A stretch of DNA of 64,000 nt from an uncultured Planctomycetales bacterium (lineage in GTDB: Bacteria; Omnitrophota; Gorgyraeia; Zapsychrales; JANLHA01), in the NCBI GenBank assembly GCA_964595465.1, contig CAZQQI010000008.1:16561-80560 (forward strand), given 5' to 3'. Positions 40,424 through 49,351 of this stretch are shown here, one piece after another. Below the pieces are notes generated by a model. That model was not told where the DNA came from. It was given only the letters and a program-made list of their open reading frames with translations, and did no database searches. Made by a program: the position numbers and the translations under genes. Every line of letters begins with the position of its first letter. Position 1 is the first letter of the stretch.

Positions 40424-41204
40424 GTTGCTCTTCTCCCATCGTCATACAATGATTTCTATTGGCGGCGTGATCACTTGCGGGCCGAATATGATAAATATCC
40501 CCGCTCATTTTTATAACATGGTTTCCGTTGTCCAACCGGATCCGCAACCCGCCGTCCTCATCAATATCCTCGGCCGCACCTTCACACAATCGGCCGGCAT
40601 CCTGCCAGGAAACACGGCAGCCCAGCAGATCGCTCTTCCGGCGCCATTCCTGCCAGACCGGACCCCATCCTGATTCGCTGACCTGCGCGATCCTTCTTTC
40701 GATCTGCCGGCAGACGGTTTCAATAGCGTCGCGCTGAGAAAGGCCCTCGGGCAAATACGCGCGAAGGGTCCCCCCTCCCTCCGGAAGATCCTTTTTCGAT
40801 ACGGCCCAGTTTATCCCGACTCCCAAAATGATCCAGTTCAATTGCCCGCGGTCAATCTCTGCCTGCATCAAAAGGCCGGCGATCTTCTGCCCCTGAAAAA
40901 AAAGGTCATTCGGCCATTTCACACGAGTCTGAACAGAACACATCCTGAATAACGCGTCACTGACCGCGACGGCTGCCAGCAGGGTTAAGCGGGGCGCATA
41001 TCGCGGCAGCCATTGCGGCCGCAGGATCAGGGAAAAATACAATCCCCCCGGAGGGGAGACCCATAACCGTCCCCGCCGGCCCGCTCCGACAGATTGAACC
41101 TCAGCCCAAACCACCGTACCTTCCGGAGCCCCTTCAGCCGCCAGCTCCGCTGCGTCATTCATAGTGGAGCCGGTCTCAGTTTTATAAGAAATACTAATAT
41201 TCAT
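40383..41204 (-). CDS. birA: Biotin--[acetyl-CoA-carboxylase] ligase (class I, no HTH domain)
   Basis: GRRGRLWVSPPGGLYFS and KWPND motifs. Confidence 0.85.
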   Translation of the reverse strand: MNISISYKTETGSTMNDAAELAAEGAPEGTVVWAEVQSVGAGRRGRLWVSPPGGLYFSLILRPQWLPRYAPRLTLLAAVAVSDALFRMCSVQTRVKWPNDLFFQGQKIAGLLMQAEIDRGQLNWIILGVGINWAVSKKDLPEGGGTLRAYLPEGLSQRDAIETVCRQIERRIAQVSESGWGPVWQEWRRKSDLLGCRVSWQDAGRLCEGAAEDIDEDGGLRIRLDNGNHVIKMSGDIYHIRPASDHAANRNHCMTMGEEQHEQRKTRKKNSSG

Positions 41205-41356
41205 ATGGCGTCAGCTTCGGAAGAAATTTTTCCAATCTTACCCTTATCCGCTCGAAAAGTCAATCATGTCAAAAAAAATCCCTGCAATTGACAAATAGCA
41301 GCGGCAATGATATATTGTCAGCATCTTACACGTTTTTTAACCTTTTTTATATATTC

Positions 41357-41432
<76 letters not shown>

Positions 41433-41443
41433 TTTTGATTATG

Positions 41444-41845
41444 CGTACACATGCCGGAATCTGGGGAATCGGGATTATCGAAATCTGTATCGGCGGCGTT
41501 ACCCTGCTGTCCAACTACGGTGCGATGATCACCGGGGTCAATGATAAACCGGGAAACGTCCTGTTTTTTGTCCTGGCTTCGGCAACGGTCTCACTTCTGA
41601 TCGGCATCGGGATCCTGCGCAAGGAACGTTCGGCGTACCGCTTACTGCTTTATTTTTCATCCGTCGTCATCCTGAGCAAAGTCCTGATCTTAATGGACAT
41701 CATCCGTCTGAACGGCGCCCTGCTGACGGCCGTTCCGAATGATACGCGCAGCCTGATCTCGATCCTGTACCATGCCGGCGTCATCATTTACCTGCTCCGG
41801 CCGGGTGTGAAAAACGCATTCGGGGTCAGCACGGCGATAAAATAA
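41444..41845 (+). CDS. Small hypothetical membrane protein (3-4 TM)
   Basis: Hydrophobic ORF beginning 12 nt after tRNA-Ala. The longer listed ORF cannot be real because it reads through the tRNA. Confidence 0.35.
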   Translation, partial: RTHAGIWGIGIIEICIGGVTLLSNYGAMITGVNDKPGNVLFFVLASATVSLLIGIGILRKERSAYRLLLYFSSVVILSKVLILMDIIRLNGALLTAVPNDTRSLISILYHAGVIIYLLRPGVKNAFGVSTAIK

Positions 41846-41961
41846 TAATGTCAAGGTTGCTTGCTTAAAGAGCGGCAGCTTCCCTTTTTTCCTTATTTTT
41901 CTAGAAAAGAAAGGGATCCCGCCACTCCAGCAAGTTTCCTTAACCCTATCTAGAAAAACTT

Positions 41962-42044
41962 GCTGGAGTGGCGGAATTGGCATACGCGCTGGTCTCAAAA
42001 ACCAGTGACCTCTGGTCATGTGGGTTCAACTCCCACCTCCAGCA
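41962..42044 (+). tRNA. tRNA-Leu (anticodon CAA), class II with long variable arm, no encoded CCA
   Basis: Acceptor GCTGGAG/CTCCAGC, anticodon loop CTCAAAA, variable arm TGACCTCTGGTCA, T-arm GTGGGTTCAACTCCCAC. Confidence 0.85.
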
Positions 42045-42167
42045 CTATTATAGAAGGCCCTGTCTGCTCAGCAGAGAGGGCCTTTCCTTTTCTTGCACTG
42101 CCGCCGCGTAAAAATTTGCGGTGATTTTCTTCATCTGCCATTACACCCTGTGCTAAAATACTTTCCC

Positions 42168-43694
42168 ATGCACTTTTTCCCAACAAAAAAAATTCAGCCC
42201 GCTACCCCTTTTCTGCTCGCTCTGTTTACAGGTATATTTTCCCTGATCATCCGTCTCATGCTGATCAGCCGCGGGCCGTTTCACGGCGACTGCCTGTCCT
42301 TCGCCCGCGCCGTTGAAAAAACCATAGAAACAGGCCGTCTGCATTATCTGCACAGCCATGGATTTCCTTTCACTGCAATCCTGGGAACCGGGCTCCATTA
42401 TTTTCTAAATGTTTTCGGATTCAATGATCCGGTCATGACGGTCAATCTTTTCAGCGTTATCTTTTCATCGATCAGCGTGGTTTTCCTTTTCATCCTTACG
42501 CGCCGCATAATCAATACGCCCGCGGCGTTCTTTACCGCCGTCCTCTTCAGTTTGAGCCCGGTTTTTTTGGGAAATTCCCTCTACGGCAACACACACATGC
42601 CGGCAATGGCATTATTCCTCGGCGCCCTGCTGTGCCTCACGCAGTTTACAGAGACGTCTAAATCGATCTGGATCTATGCTGCCGGTCTGTTATGGGGCCT
42701 GGCATTCGCCGCGCGGGCACAGGATATTGCCATCGTCTCGCCTGCGTTTCTTATCTGCCTTTGGCGTCCTCACTGGTTAACCCCCGGCAAGACTCCCGGC
42801 AAATCCTTTTACCGGCATAAAATGGCGGCCCTGGGCTTAGGAACTGCCGCGATTCTTTTCCTGTATTGGCCGATCCTGCAATCCCGCTTTTTAAACCAGC
42901 CGCCAAAAGCAGCTCAAGGATTCCTCCAGTCTGAACTTTTTCACTGTCTCATTTTCGATTGGCCGTCAAATGCCATCTACACCATGGAGACCTTTCTGCT
43001 GCCGAATTTTGCCTGGCTGGGGATATTCCTCATCGCCGGCGGCAGCGTGTTTGTCTGGAAAATGTCCTGGCGGCTGGCTCTCATCCTGTCCATTTGGATC
43101 ATGGCCCCTCTGCTTTTCTTCAGTATGCTTTCGATCCTGACGCCCCGTTTATTTATGATCCTGCTTCCGCCCTGTTATCTCCTCTCCGGCATCTGTCTCA
43201 TGCGGCTGTTTCAAACGGACAAGCTCCGCTGGCCGGCTGCGGTTTTATTTTTACTGACGGCCCTTTTCCCGCTCTGGCAGGTCCTGCCGGATTTTGCTGC
43301 CCGCCACCAAAGCGACTCCCTGGCCGAATACGCCCGCTGGGTCAAAACCCAGACCGAACCGGATGCCGTCATTATTTCTACGGATTACAAACAGTTTCTT
43401 GCTTATTACGGGAGCCGGGATGTCACAGGCCGCATGACACAACGTTTTGATCAACAGCAATGGAGGGATTTTCTCAACCGGATCAGCCAGTTATTAGCTG
43501 AAGATCGCCCGGTCTACATCACGAATGTCGGACTCTATTCTTATGACTTCAATTTTTCAAAACGTTTTAAGAACCATTTCCGTCTGGAATACCGCGGATA
43601 CAAACCGCTGGACGATTACCATACCGGCGTTTTAAGACAAACAACCTATCTCAATGATCTCTATCGTGTCCGGCTGAAAAAATCTTCGGATTGA
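42168..43694 (+). CDS. GT-C fold membrane glycosyltransferase (ArnT/PMT_2-like)
   Basis: About 11 TM helices and loop motifs similar to the 4-amino-arabinose/mannosyl transferase superfamily. Confidence 0.55.
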   Translation: MHFFPTKKIQPATPFLLALFTGIFSLIIRLMLISRGPFHGDCLSFARAVEKTIETGRLHYLHSHGFPFTAILGTGLHYFLNVFGFNDPVMTVNLFSVIFSSISVVFLFILTRRIINTPAAFFTAVLFSLSPVFLGNSLYGNTHMPAMALFLGALLCLTQFTETSKSIWIYAAGLLWGLAFAARAQDIAIVSPAFLICLWRPHWLTPGKTPGKSFYRHKMAALGLGTAAILFLYWPILQSRFLNQPPKAAQGFLQSELFHCLIFDWPSNAIYTMETFLLPNFAWLGIFLIAGGSVFVWKMSWRLALILSIWIMAPLLFFSMLSILTPRLFMILLPPCYLLSGICLMRLFQTDKLRWPAAVLFLLTALFPLWQVLPDFAARHQSDSLAEYARWVKTQTEPDAVIISTDYKQFLAYYGSRDVTGRMTQRFDQQQWRDFLNRISQLLAEDRPVYITNVGLYSYDFNFSKRFKNHFRLEYRGYKPLDDYHTGVLRQTTYLNDLYRVRLKKSSD

Positions 43695-43726
43695 CGCGCG
43701 GGCGCAGGGCATGGTACACTTATTTT

Positions 43727-44275
43727 ATGAAGAAACTCCGATCCCATACTATGATCTTTCTGCTGGCCGCCGTTGTTTTCGCAGCTGTCCTGCCCGGCAT
43801 ATCTTCAGCGCAAAATGATGACTCCCAAACCATCACGTTAAAAGACGGCAGCCGGATCAAGGGAAAGCTTATCGGAATTCAGGGAAGCACCTATCTCATT
43901 GATACACCGCATATGGGAGAAGTAGAGATCGATTCCGGCGAGATTGCCAACATCGCCCACGGCGCAGAGACAGCAGAGAAGCCTAAGAACGTAACCATGC
44001 AGCCGCAGGGTATGGGTTCAGGGAATGTTCAGCAGGCCCAGAATCTGCTCATGTCCGATCCGGACCTGACCGCAGCTATGATGGAGCTGGCCAATGATCC
44101 GGAAATGGCCGAGCTCTTCAAGGATCCGACCCTGCTTATGAAACTGCAGAGTATGGACCCCGCCGAAATTCAGAATGATCCCCGCATCCAGAAAATCCTC
44201 AGTGACCCCCGCATGCAGCAGATCATGCAGAAAGCCGCGCAGAAATTTCAAGACAGCGGACTGCTGACCCCTTAA
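43727..44275 (+). CDS. Secreted protein with STI1-like (DP-repeat) motifs
   Basis: Signal peptide MKKLRSHTMIFLLAAVVFAAVLPGISSA. C-terminal repeats LMSDPDL...DPEMAELFKDPTLL...DPRIQKIL...DPRMQQIM. Confidence 0.5.
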   Translation: MKKLRSHTMIFLLAAVVFAAVLPGISSAQNDDSQTITLKDGSRIKGKLIGIQGSTYLIDTPHMGEVEIDSGEIANIAHGAETAEKPKNVTMQPQGMGSGNVQQAQNLLMSDPDLTAAMMELANDPEMAELFKDPTLLMKLQSMDPAEIQNDPRIQKILSDPRMQQIMQKAAQKFQDSGLLTP

Positions 44276-45816
44276 AGATCACCCTGCAAAAACATCTCAA
44301 CGTCATCCAATCCTCGCCCGGCCTCATAATAGGTTTTATTTTGCCGCCATTGCTCAAGCAGCTGATTGAGATATTTTTGGGCGTCCTGCGGCCGGTCGTC
44401 GTGATAAGCCAAAAAGATGAAATTCAGATACGCCTCAGTAAACGCAGGATCCTGCAAAACAGCGTGATGCAAAAACTTTTCGGCCTCTCCGCCTTTTCCA
44501 AGACGCAAAAAGGTTTCCGCTAAGGTGAAATAATCGCGGCCGCTTCCGCGCAGCATGACAGCGCGCTGCAGGGCGCGCCGGGCGGCGGACAGATCTCCCA
44601 TCTCAAGTTTCGTTAACCCGTACCAGTAATAATGTTCGGCATCGGCAGGATCCAGTCGGATCAAATAACGCTGATAACCCGCGGGCGTATTAAGCACGCG
44701 TCCCAGAGAGACACCTCTCACAGCAAATGAAACCATGATCAGAGTGAAAACGATCCAGCGTATTTTAGGTAGTCTTTGCGTTAACCCATCAAAGGCATAA
44801 GATAAGATCAAAGAAAAGCTGAGCACAGTAAAAACAGCATACGGCTCGATCAAAGGCGCTGCCTGCCCGCCCTGCAGAAAAGATGCCAGAAGGCCGCAGA
44901 CCCCTGCCGCAAAGCCTAAGCTGAACCCAGAATTTTTCCGCCGCATGATCATAAATCCGGTCAAAGCCCAACCCGCTGATATGATCAATGCAATCAAAAT
45001 ATTCCCGTTGAGAAACACTCCCAGTTCCGGAGCGCCTGTCCAGACACCGAAATGACGGATAACCCCCTGCCAAAACCCGAAGGCAGGCAGAGGAAAAAGA
45101 CTGCCGGCCGCCCAATATTTCCCCCCGCAATAAACCAGAACGATCACCCAGAAAGGGACTGTCCCCGCCGCTCTTTCTTTAAAAGAAGACCCGCGGTCAG
45201 AGAACACGGCCATGAACAAAAATAATACCGGCAGAAGCAGGGCCGCTTCACTCAACAACACAGCTGCCGCCATCACGCGGACAGCCCACCGGCGCCAGCC
45301 GAAACCATCATCGACGGAGTCTGCCCTCTGACCGCGCAAACAGCAGTAAAGACATAAAAGGATCAAGGCCTGTCCCGGCAGATCTAAGGCAGCAGCCGGA
45401 ACAATGACCATTCCGGTCAGGCCGGGATGCAGCCCATAAAGCAGAGCTGCTATTGCGGCCCCGGGCCGTTTAGCAAATAAACGGCCGAGGGCGTACACGG
45501 TTACTGTAGCGCAGAGATGCCAAACCAATGCCGTGATCTGATAGGGCAAAGACGCGCCGCCGAAAAGAGAATACTGCAGTGCAGCATACGCCGTGCGCAA
45601 AGGAGCATACACACCGCTGCGCATTTCCGGCGGAATGTAATGGATAAAAAAACGGTACGCGTTCTGCCAGTCATGGATCAAACGCCACTGCAGAAGACCG
45701 TCATAATCATATTTCAGCCACTCTTTTCCTAAAGACGGGAGAACGATCAGCAGGACCAGAAATCCTATCCCCGCCGGAACCAGATACCGTTTTTGCCAGA
45801 TCTGTTTAATCATCAT
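44272..45816 (-). CDS. TPR-repeat membrane protein, TMTC/PMT-like GT-C fold (paralog of 27429-29465)
   Basis: Polytopic N-terminus with a WHLCATVTVYALGRLF motif. C-terminal TPR repeats. Confidence 0.55.
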   Translation of the reverse strand: MMIKQIWQKRYLVPAGIGFLVLLIVLPSLGKEWLKYDYDGLLQWRLIHDWQNAYRFFIHYIPPEMRSGVYAPLRTAYAALQYSLFGGASLPYQITALVWHLCATVTVYALGRLFAKRPGAAIAALLYGLHPGLTGMVIVPAAALDLPGQALILLCLYCCLRGQRADSVDDGFGWRRWAVRVMAAAVLLSEAALLLPVLFLFMAVFSDRGSSFKERAAGTVPFWVIVLVYCGGKYWAAGSLFPLPAFGFWQGVIRHFGVWTGAPELGVFLNGNILIALIISAGWALTGFMIMRRKNSGFSLGFAAGVCGLLASFLQGGQAAPLIEPYAVFTVLSFSLILSYAFDGLTQRLPKIRWIVFTLIMVSFAVRGVSLGRVLNTPAGYQRYLIRLDPADAEHYYWYGLTKLEMGDLSAARRALQRAVMLRGSGRDYFTLAETFLRLGKGGEAEKFLHHAVLQDPAFTEAYLNFIFLAYHDDRPQDAQKYLNQLLEQWRQNKTYYEAGRGLDDVEMFLQGDL

Positions 45817-46852
45817 TCGCCCCCATTTGGGAAGGACCAACAGAACCGCGCAGCTGTCCGCAGGCCCCGTTCGCTCCCGTCCCTTTTGACCAGCGTATTG
45901 TTGAGGTGATCTTCTGTTCGGCCAAGGCATCCCGAAAACGATAAACGTCATTACGGCTCGGCATCTTCCAGTTGAACTCGGCGACCGGATTGTAGGGAAT
46001 AATATTCACTTTACACAGCAGGCCCTTGAGCAAAGCCGCCAGCTTCACGACAGCGTCCGGCGTATCCGTCACCCCGGGGATCACAATGTATTCAAAGGTG
46101 ATCTGCCGCCGGGTTTTCTGAACATATTCCCGGCAGGCGGCCAGCAGTTTTTCCAGAGGATATTTTTTGTTCACGGGGATCAGGCGGTCACGTAAAGTAT
46201 TATCAGGAGCATGCAGCGAGACAGCCAGTTCGATCTGCCGGCCGAACTCTGCGAGCCTGCGGATCCCGGGAACGATCCCGCAGGTCGAAACAGTGATCCT
46301 GCGCGCGGCAATGTTCAGGGCGGCGGGATCATTGATCCGCTCAAGGGCCGGGAGAACATGGCCCAGATTGTCCAGAGGCTCGCCGGTCCCCATCATGACC
46401 ACATGACTGATCCTCTGCTCCGCCTGCTGCAGCAGGATCAACTGCGCCAGGATCTCGCCGGCGGTCAGATCTCTCTGCCAGCCGCCGATACCGCTGGCGC
46501 AAAACCGGCAGGCAAATTTGCATCCGGCCTGCGAAGACAGGCACGCGGTCAGCCTGCCGGGCCCCGGGATCAGAACAGATTCGACCTGCTGACCGTCATT
46601 CAGACGCAGTAAAAATTTCTGCGCTTCTGACGGCTCTCCTGTCCGCGCTGTGATCTCAGCAGGGCTCCACTCTAAAACGCGAGAAAGATCCTTTAAGAAA
46701 CCAGCGGGAAGATTGTTCATCCGACCGGGATCAAGCTGATATTTCTGATAAACCCAATCAAAGATCTGCCGGGCACGGAACGGGGGCTGTCCAAGCTCTT
46801 TGCATTGTTCGGTCAGCTGATCCAGAGAAAGGTCAAGAAGGTTTGAAGGCAT
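45806..46852 (-). CDS. rlmN: 23S rRNA (adenine2503-C2)-methyltransferase, radical SAM
   Basis: CKFACRFCASG and RlmN-wide similarity. Confidence 0.9.
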   Translation of the reverse strand: MPSNLLDLSLDQLTEQCKELGQPPFRARQIFDWVYQKYQLDPGRMNNLPAGFLKDLSRVLEWSPAEITARTGEPSEAQKFLLRLNDGQQVESVLIPGPGRLTACLSSQAGCKFACRFCASGIGGWQRDLTAGEILAQLILLQQAEQRISHVVMMGTGEPLDNLGHVLPALERINDPAALNIAARRITVSTCGIVPGIRRLAEFGRQIELAVSLHAPDNTLRDRLIPVNKKYPLEKLLAACREYVQKTRRQITFEYIVIPGVTDTPDAVVKLAALLKGLLCKVNIIPYNPVAEFNWKMPSRNDVYRFRDALAEQKITSTIRWSKGTGANGACGQLRGSVGPSQMGANDD

Positions 46853-46886
46853 AATAACTTTGCGGGGTTAGCCGGGAAACACCGGC

Positions 46887-47837
46887 TCATTCCTGAAATT
46901 CACCCATAGCGCGGAATTTTTGATAACGCTGCTCAACGATCTCTTCACCTGACAGCCCGGTCAGAAAACGAAGTTCTTTCTGCAGAACCTCTTTCAGGCG
47001 TTCGGCAACCAATTCCGGTTCACGGTGAGCGCCCCCCTGAGGTTCAGGAATAATACCGTCGATAATGCCGAATTTAAGAAGATGTTCTCCGGTCAATTTC
47101 AGCGCTTCGGCAGCGTCAGGGGCGCGAACACTATTGCGCCAAAGAATAGACGCACAGCCTTCCGGAGAAATGACAGAATAATAGGCGTTTTCCAGAATGT
47201 AGACCTTGTCGGCAATGCCGATACCCAGTGCTCCACCACTGCCTCCCTCTCCTATCACAGTAGCAATGATCGGGGTTCGCACACTGGCCATTTCACGGAG
47301 ATTGGTCGCAATAGCCTGTGCCTGTCCGCGTTCCTCCGCGCCTAATCCGGGATAAGCCCCCGGCGTATCAATAAAGATCAACACCGGCAACTGAAACTTC
47401 TCCGCGGTCTGCATTAAACGCAGTGCCTTACGGTACCCTTCCGGATGAGCACAGCCGAAATTCCGCTGAATATTCTCTTTTGTGTCGCGGCCTTTCTGAT
47501 GACCGATAACCATGACTCTCTGCCCGTCGAATGTGGCGAAGCCGCCGATCATGGCCAGGTCGTCGGCGAAAAGCCGGTCGCCGTGTATTTCCACAAAATC
47601 CGTGGTCAGCATATGAATGTAATCCAGCGTGTACGGCCGGGATGGATGGCGGGCGATCTGGACTCTCTGCCAATCACTGAGGTGGTTGTAAACCTCCTCT
47701 TTCAACTGAGAAACTCTCTGCTCGAGTTTCTTGATCTCGGGCGACAGGTCAACTTTTTCATCTGAACCAAAATTTTTTAACTCGTCGATCTTGCGTTCCA
47801 GTTCAACGATAGGTTTCTCGAATTCCAATGCGATCAT
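46887..47837 (-). CDS. accA: Acetyl-CoA carboxylase carboxyltransferase subunit alpha
   Basis: MIALEFEKPIVELERKIDEL start and full-length AccA similarity. Confidence 0.9.
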   Translation of the reverse strand: MIALEFEKPIVELERKIDELKNFGSDEKVDLSPEIKKLEQRVSQLKEEVYNHLSDWQRVQIARHPSRPYTLDYIHMLTTDFVEIHGDRLFADDLAMIGGFATFDGQRVMVIGHQKGRDTKENIQRNFGCAHPEGYRKALRLMQTAEKFQLPVLIFIDTPGAYPGLGAEERGQAQAIATNLREMASVRTPIIATVIGEGGSGGALGIGIADKVYILENAYYSVISPEGCASILWRNSVRAPDAAEALKLTGEHLLKFGIIDGIIPEPQGGAHREPELVAERLKEVLQKELRFLTGLSGEEIVEQRYQKFRAMGEFQE

Positions 47838-47911
47838 ACAAACCACCTTTTGCTTGTGAAAAGACGGCCGCCGAACATCCGCAGCCGCCTCAAAACCGTA
47901 TATTTCATTCA

Positions 47912-48742
47912 TCAGTCGACAATGGTGACCTCAGTCCCGGAGGGGACGAGATCATACACTTCTTCGACATCCTCATTCAGCATACGCACACACCCGGCCG
48001 TAACCTGCTGGCCGATCGTTTCCGGCTCGATCGTGCCGTGAATACCATAGCCCTCCGCCGAAACATCAAACCCCAGCCAGCGGGTCCCCAGGACATTCTG
48101 GGGGCTTTCCGGAGGGACCACGATCCCGCGGTTAAACCACACCGGGTCAACCAGCTTGGTCGTGATCTTAAACGTCCCGACGGGAGTGGAATTATTCTCT
48201 CCGGTGGAAACATCATAGACCTTCAGGACATCATTTTTGTCCTTCAGGATCAGGATATTCTGCGATTTATCCACATAGATATTGAAATCCCCCTGCCAGA
48301 TCCGTAATTTCTGCCCGACACGGATGACGTCACTTTTCAGATTATTGCTTTTTTTGATCAGCGGAATGGTGACGCCATAGGTCTTACTGATCTTGCCCAG
48401 CGTATCACCCGGTTCGACTTCATGGATCACGGTCTTGCCTTCCACAGGACGGTTGGACAATAACAATTCCATATTCAGATCATACAGTTCTTTTTGAACC
48501 TCACGGGCATTAACAGCCTCGGGATAATTCTGCAGGATCTCCCGGTAAGCCTGTTTAGCCGCCAGCGGCTCATTTTTGCGTTTCAGCTTCTGAGCCTGAC
48601 GGTAAAGATCCTGGGCTTCTTTCTGAACATTGTCTTCAAACGCTGCCGGCTGCTGATCACCGCCGCCGGAGGAAAAGATCATAATCCCTCCGACAACAGC
48701 TGCGGCCGCTATGATTCCTAATAATATATTCCGATTCACGCG
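47912..48742 (-). CDS. L,D-transpeptidase (YkuD domain) with LysM domain
   Basis: LysM (HEVEPGDTLGKISKTYGV) and catalytic HGT...GCVRM motif. Signal peptide. Confidence 0.8.
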   Translation of the reverse strand, partial: RVNRNILLGIIAAAAVVGGIMIFSSGGGDQQPAAFEDNVQKEAQDLYRQAQKLKRKNEPLAAKQAYREILQNYPEAVNAREVQKELYDLNMELLLSNRPVEGKTVIHEVEPGDTLGKISKTYGVTIPLIKKSNNLKSDVIRVGQKLRIWQGDFNIYVDKSQNILILKDKNDVLKVYDVSTGENNSTPVGTFKITTKLVDPVWFNRGIVVPPESPQNVLGTRWLGFDVSAEGYGIHGTIEPETIGQQVTAGCVRMLNEDVEEVYDLVPSGTEVTIVD

Positions 48743-48761
48743 CATCTCCTTTTCATTGGGA

Positions 48762-49223
48762 TTATGACCACAATTGATAAAGCATAACCGCAAGGGCCGA
48801 ACCGAGAAGCATCCCGGCAAAAACCTCGATCGGAGTGTGTCCGACCAGTTCTTTCAGGCGCCCTTCACTGATCTTTCCTTTCCAGTAAATATCATCCAGG
48901 ATCTGATTCAGCAGACCGGCCTGCTGACCGGTGGCCCGCCGCACTCCCTGGGCATCGAACATCGTCACCAGGGCAAAGACCGCAGCCATAGCAAATATGA
49001 CAGAATCAAAACCTTTGCTCATCCCGCAGGCGGCGGCCAATGCCGAAACTCCGGCCGCGTGACTCGAAGGCATACCTCCGGTCCCGATAAACCAGCGGAA
49101 ATTAAAACGTTTCTCACGGAACACACCAATGATGACCTTAATAAACTGCGCTGTAAACCACGTCACCAGGGTGATGATCAAAACTGTATTGTCAAAAACC
49201 ATTCCAGCCCTATTCAGCGGCAA
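48762..49223 (-). CDS. Divergent PAP2 family membrane protein (YuiD/DUF212-like)
   Basis: GGMPSSHAAGVSALAAA motif and 4 TM segments. Confidence 0.6.
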   Translation of the reverse strand: MPLNRAGMVFDNTVLIITLVTWFTAQFIKVIIGVFREKRFNFRWFIGTGGMPSSHAAGVSALAAACGMSKGFDSVIFAMAAVFALVTMFDAQGVRRATGQQAGLLNQILDDIYWKGKISEGRLKELVGHTPIEVFAGMLLGSALAVMLYQLWS

Positions 49224-49351
49224 AATTGACTAATATTCTTATTTATGGTAGGTTACATTATAATTTTAATCCCCCTAAAAAGCAAGGCTCTTGCCCGATA
49301 AAAGCCTGCTTTTCTGCAAACATCCATCCCCCTTCATGATCCGATCCCCGT

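Noticed and set aside
49224-49351. Possible attenuator or ncRNA in the divergent intergenic region between the PAP2-like gene and yifB
   Set aside because: Only an imperfect short inverted repeat and a plausible -35/-10. Nothing beyond ordinary divergent promoters can be supported by eye.
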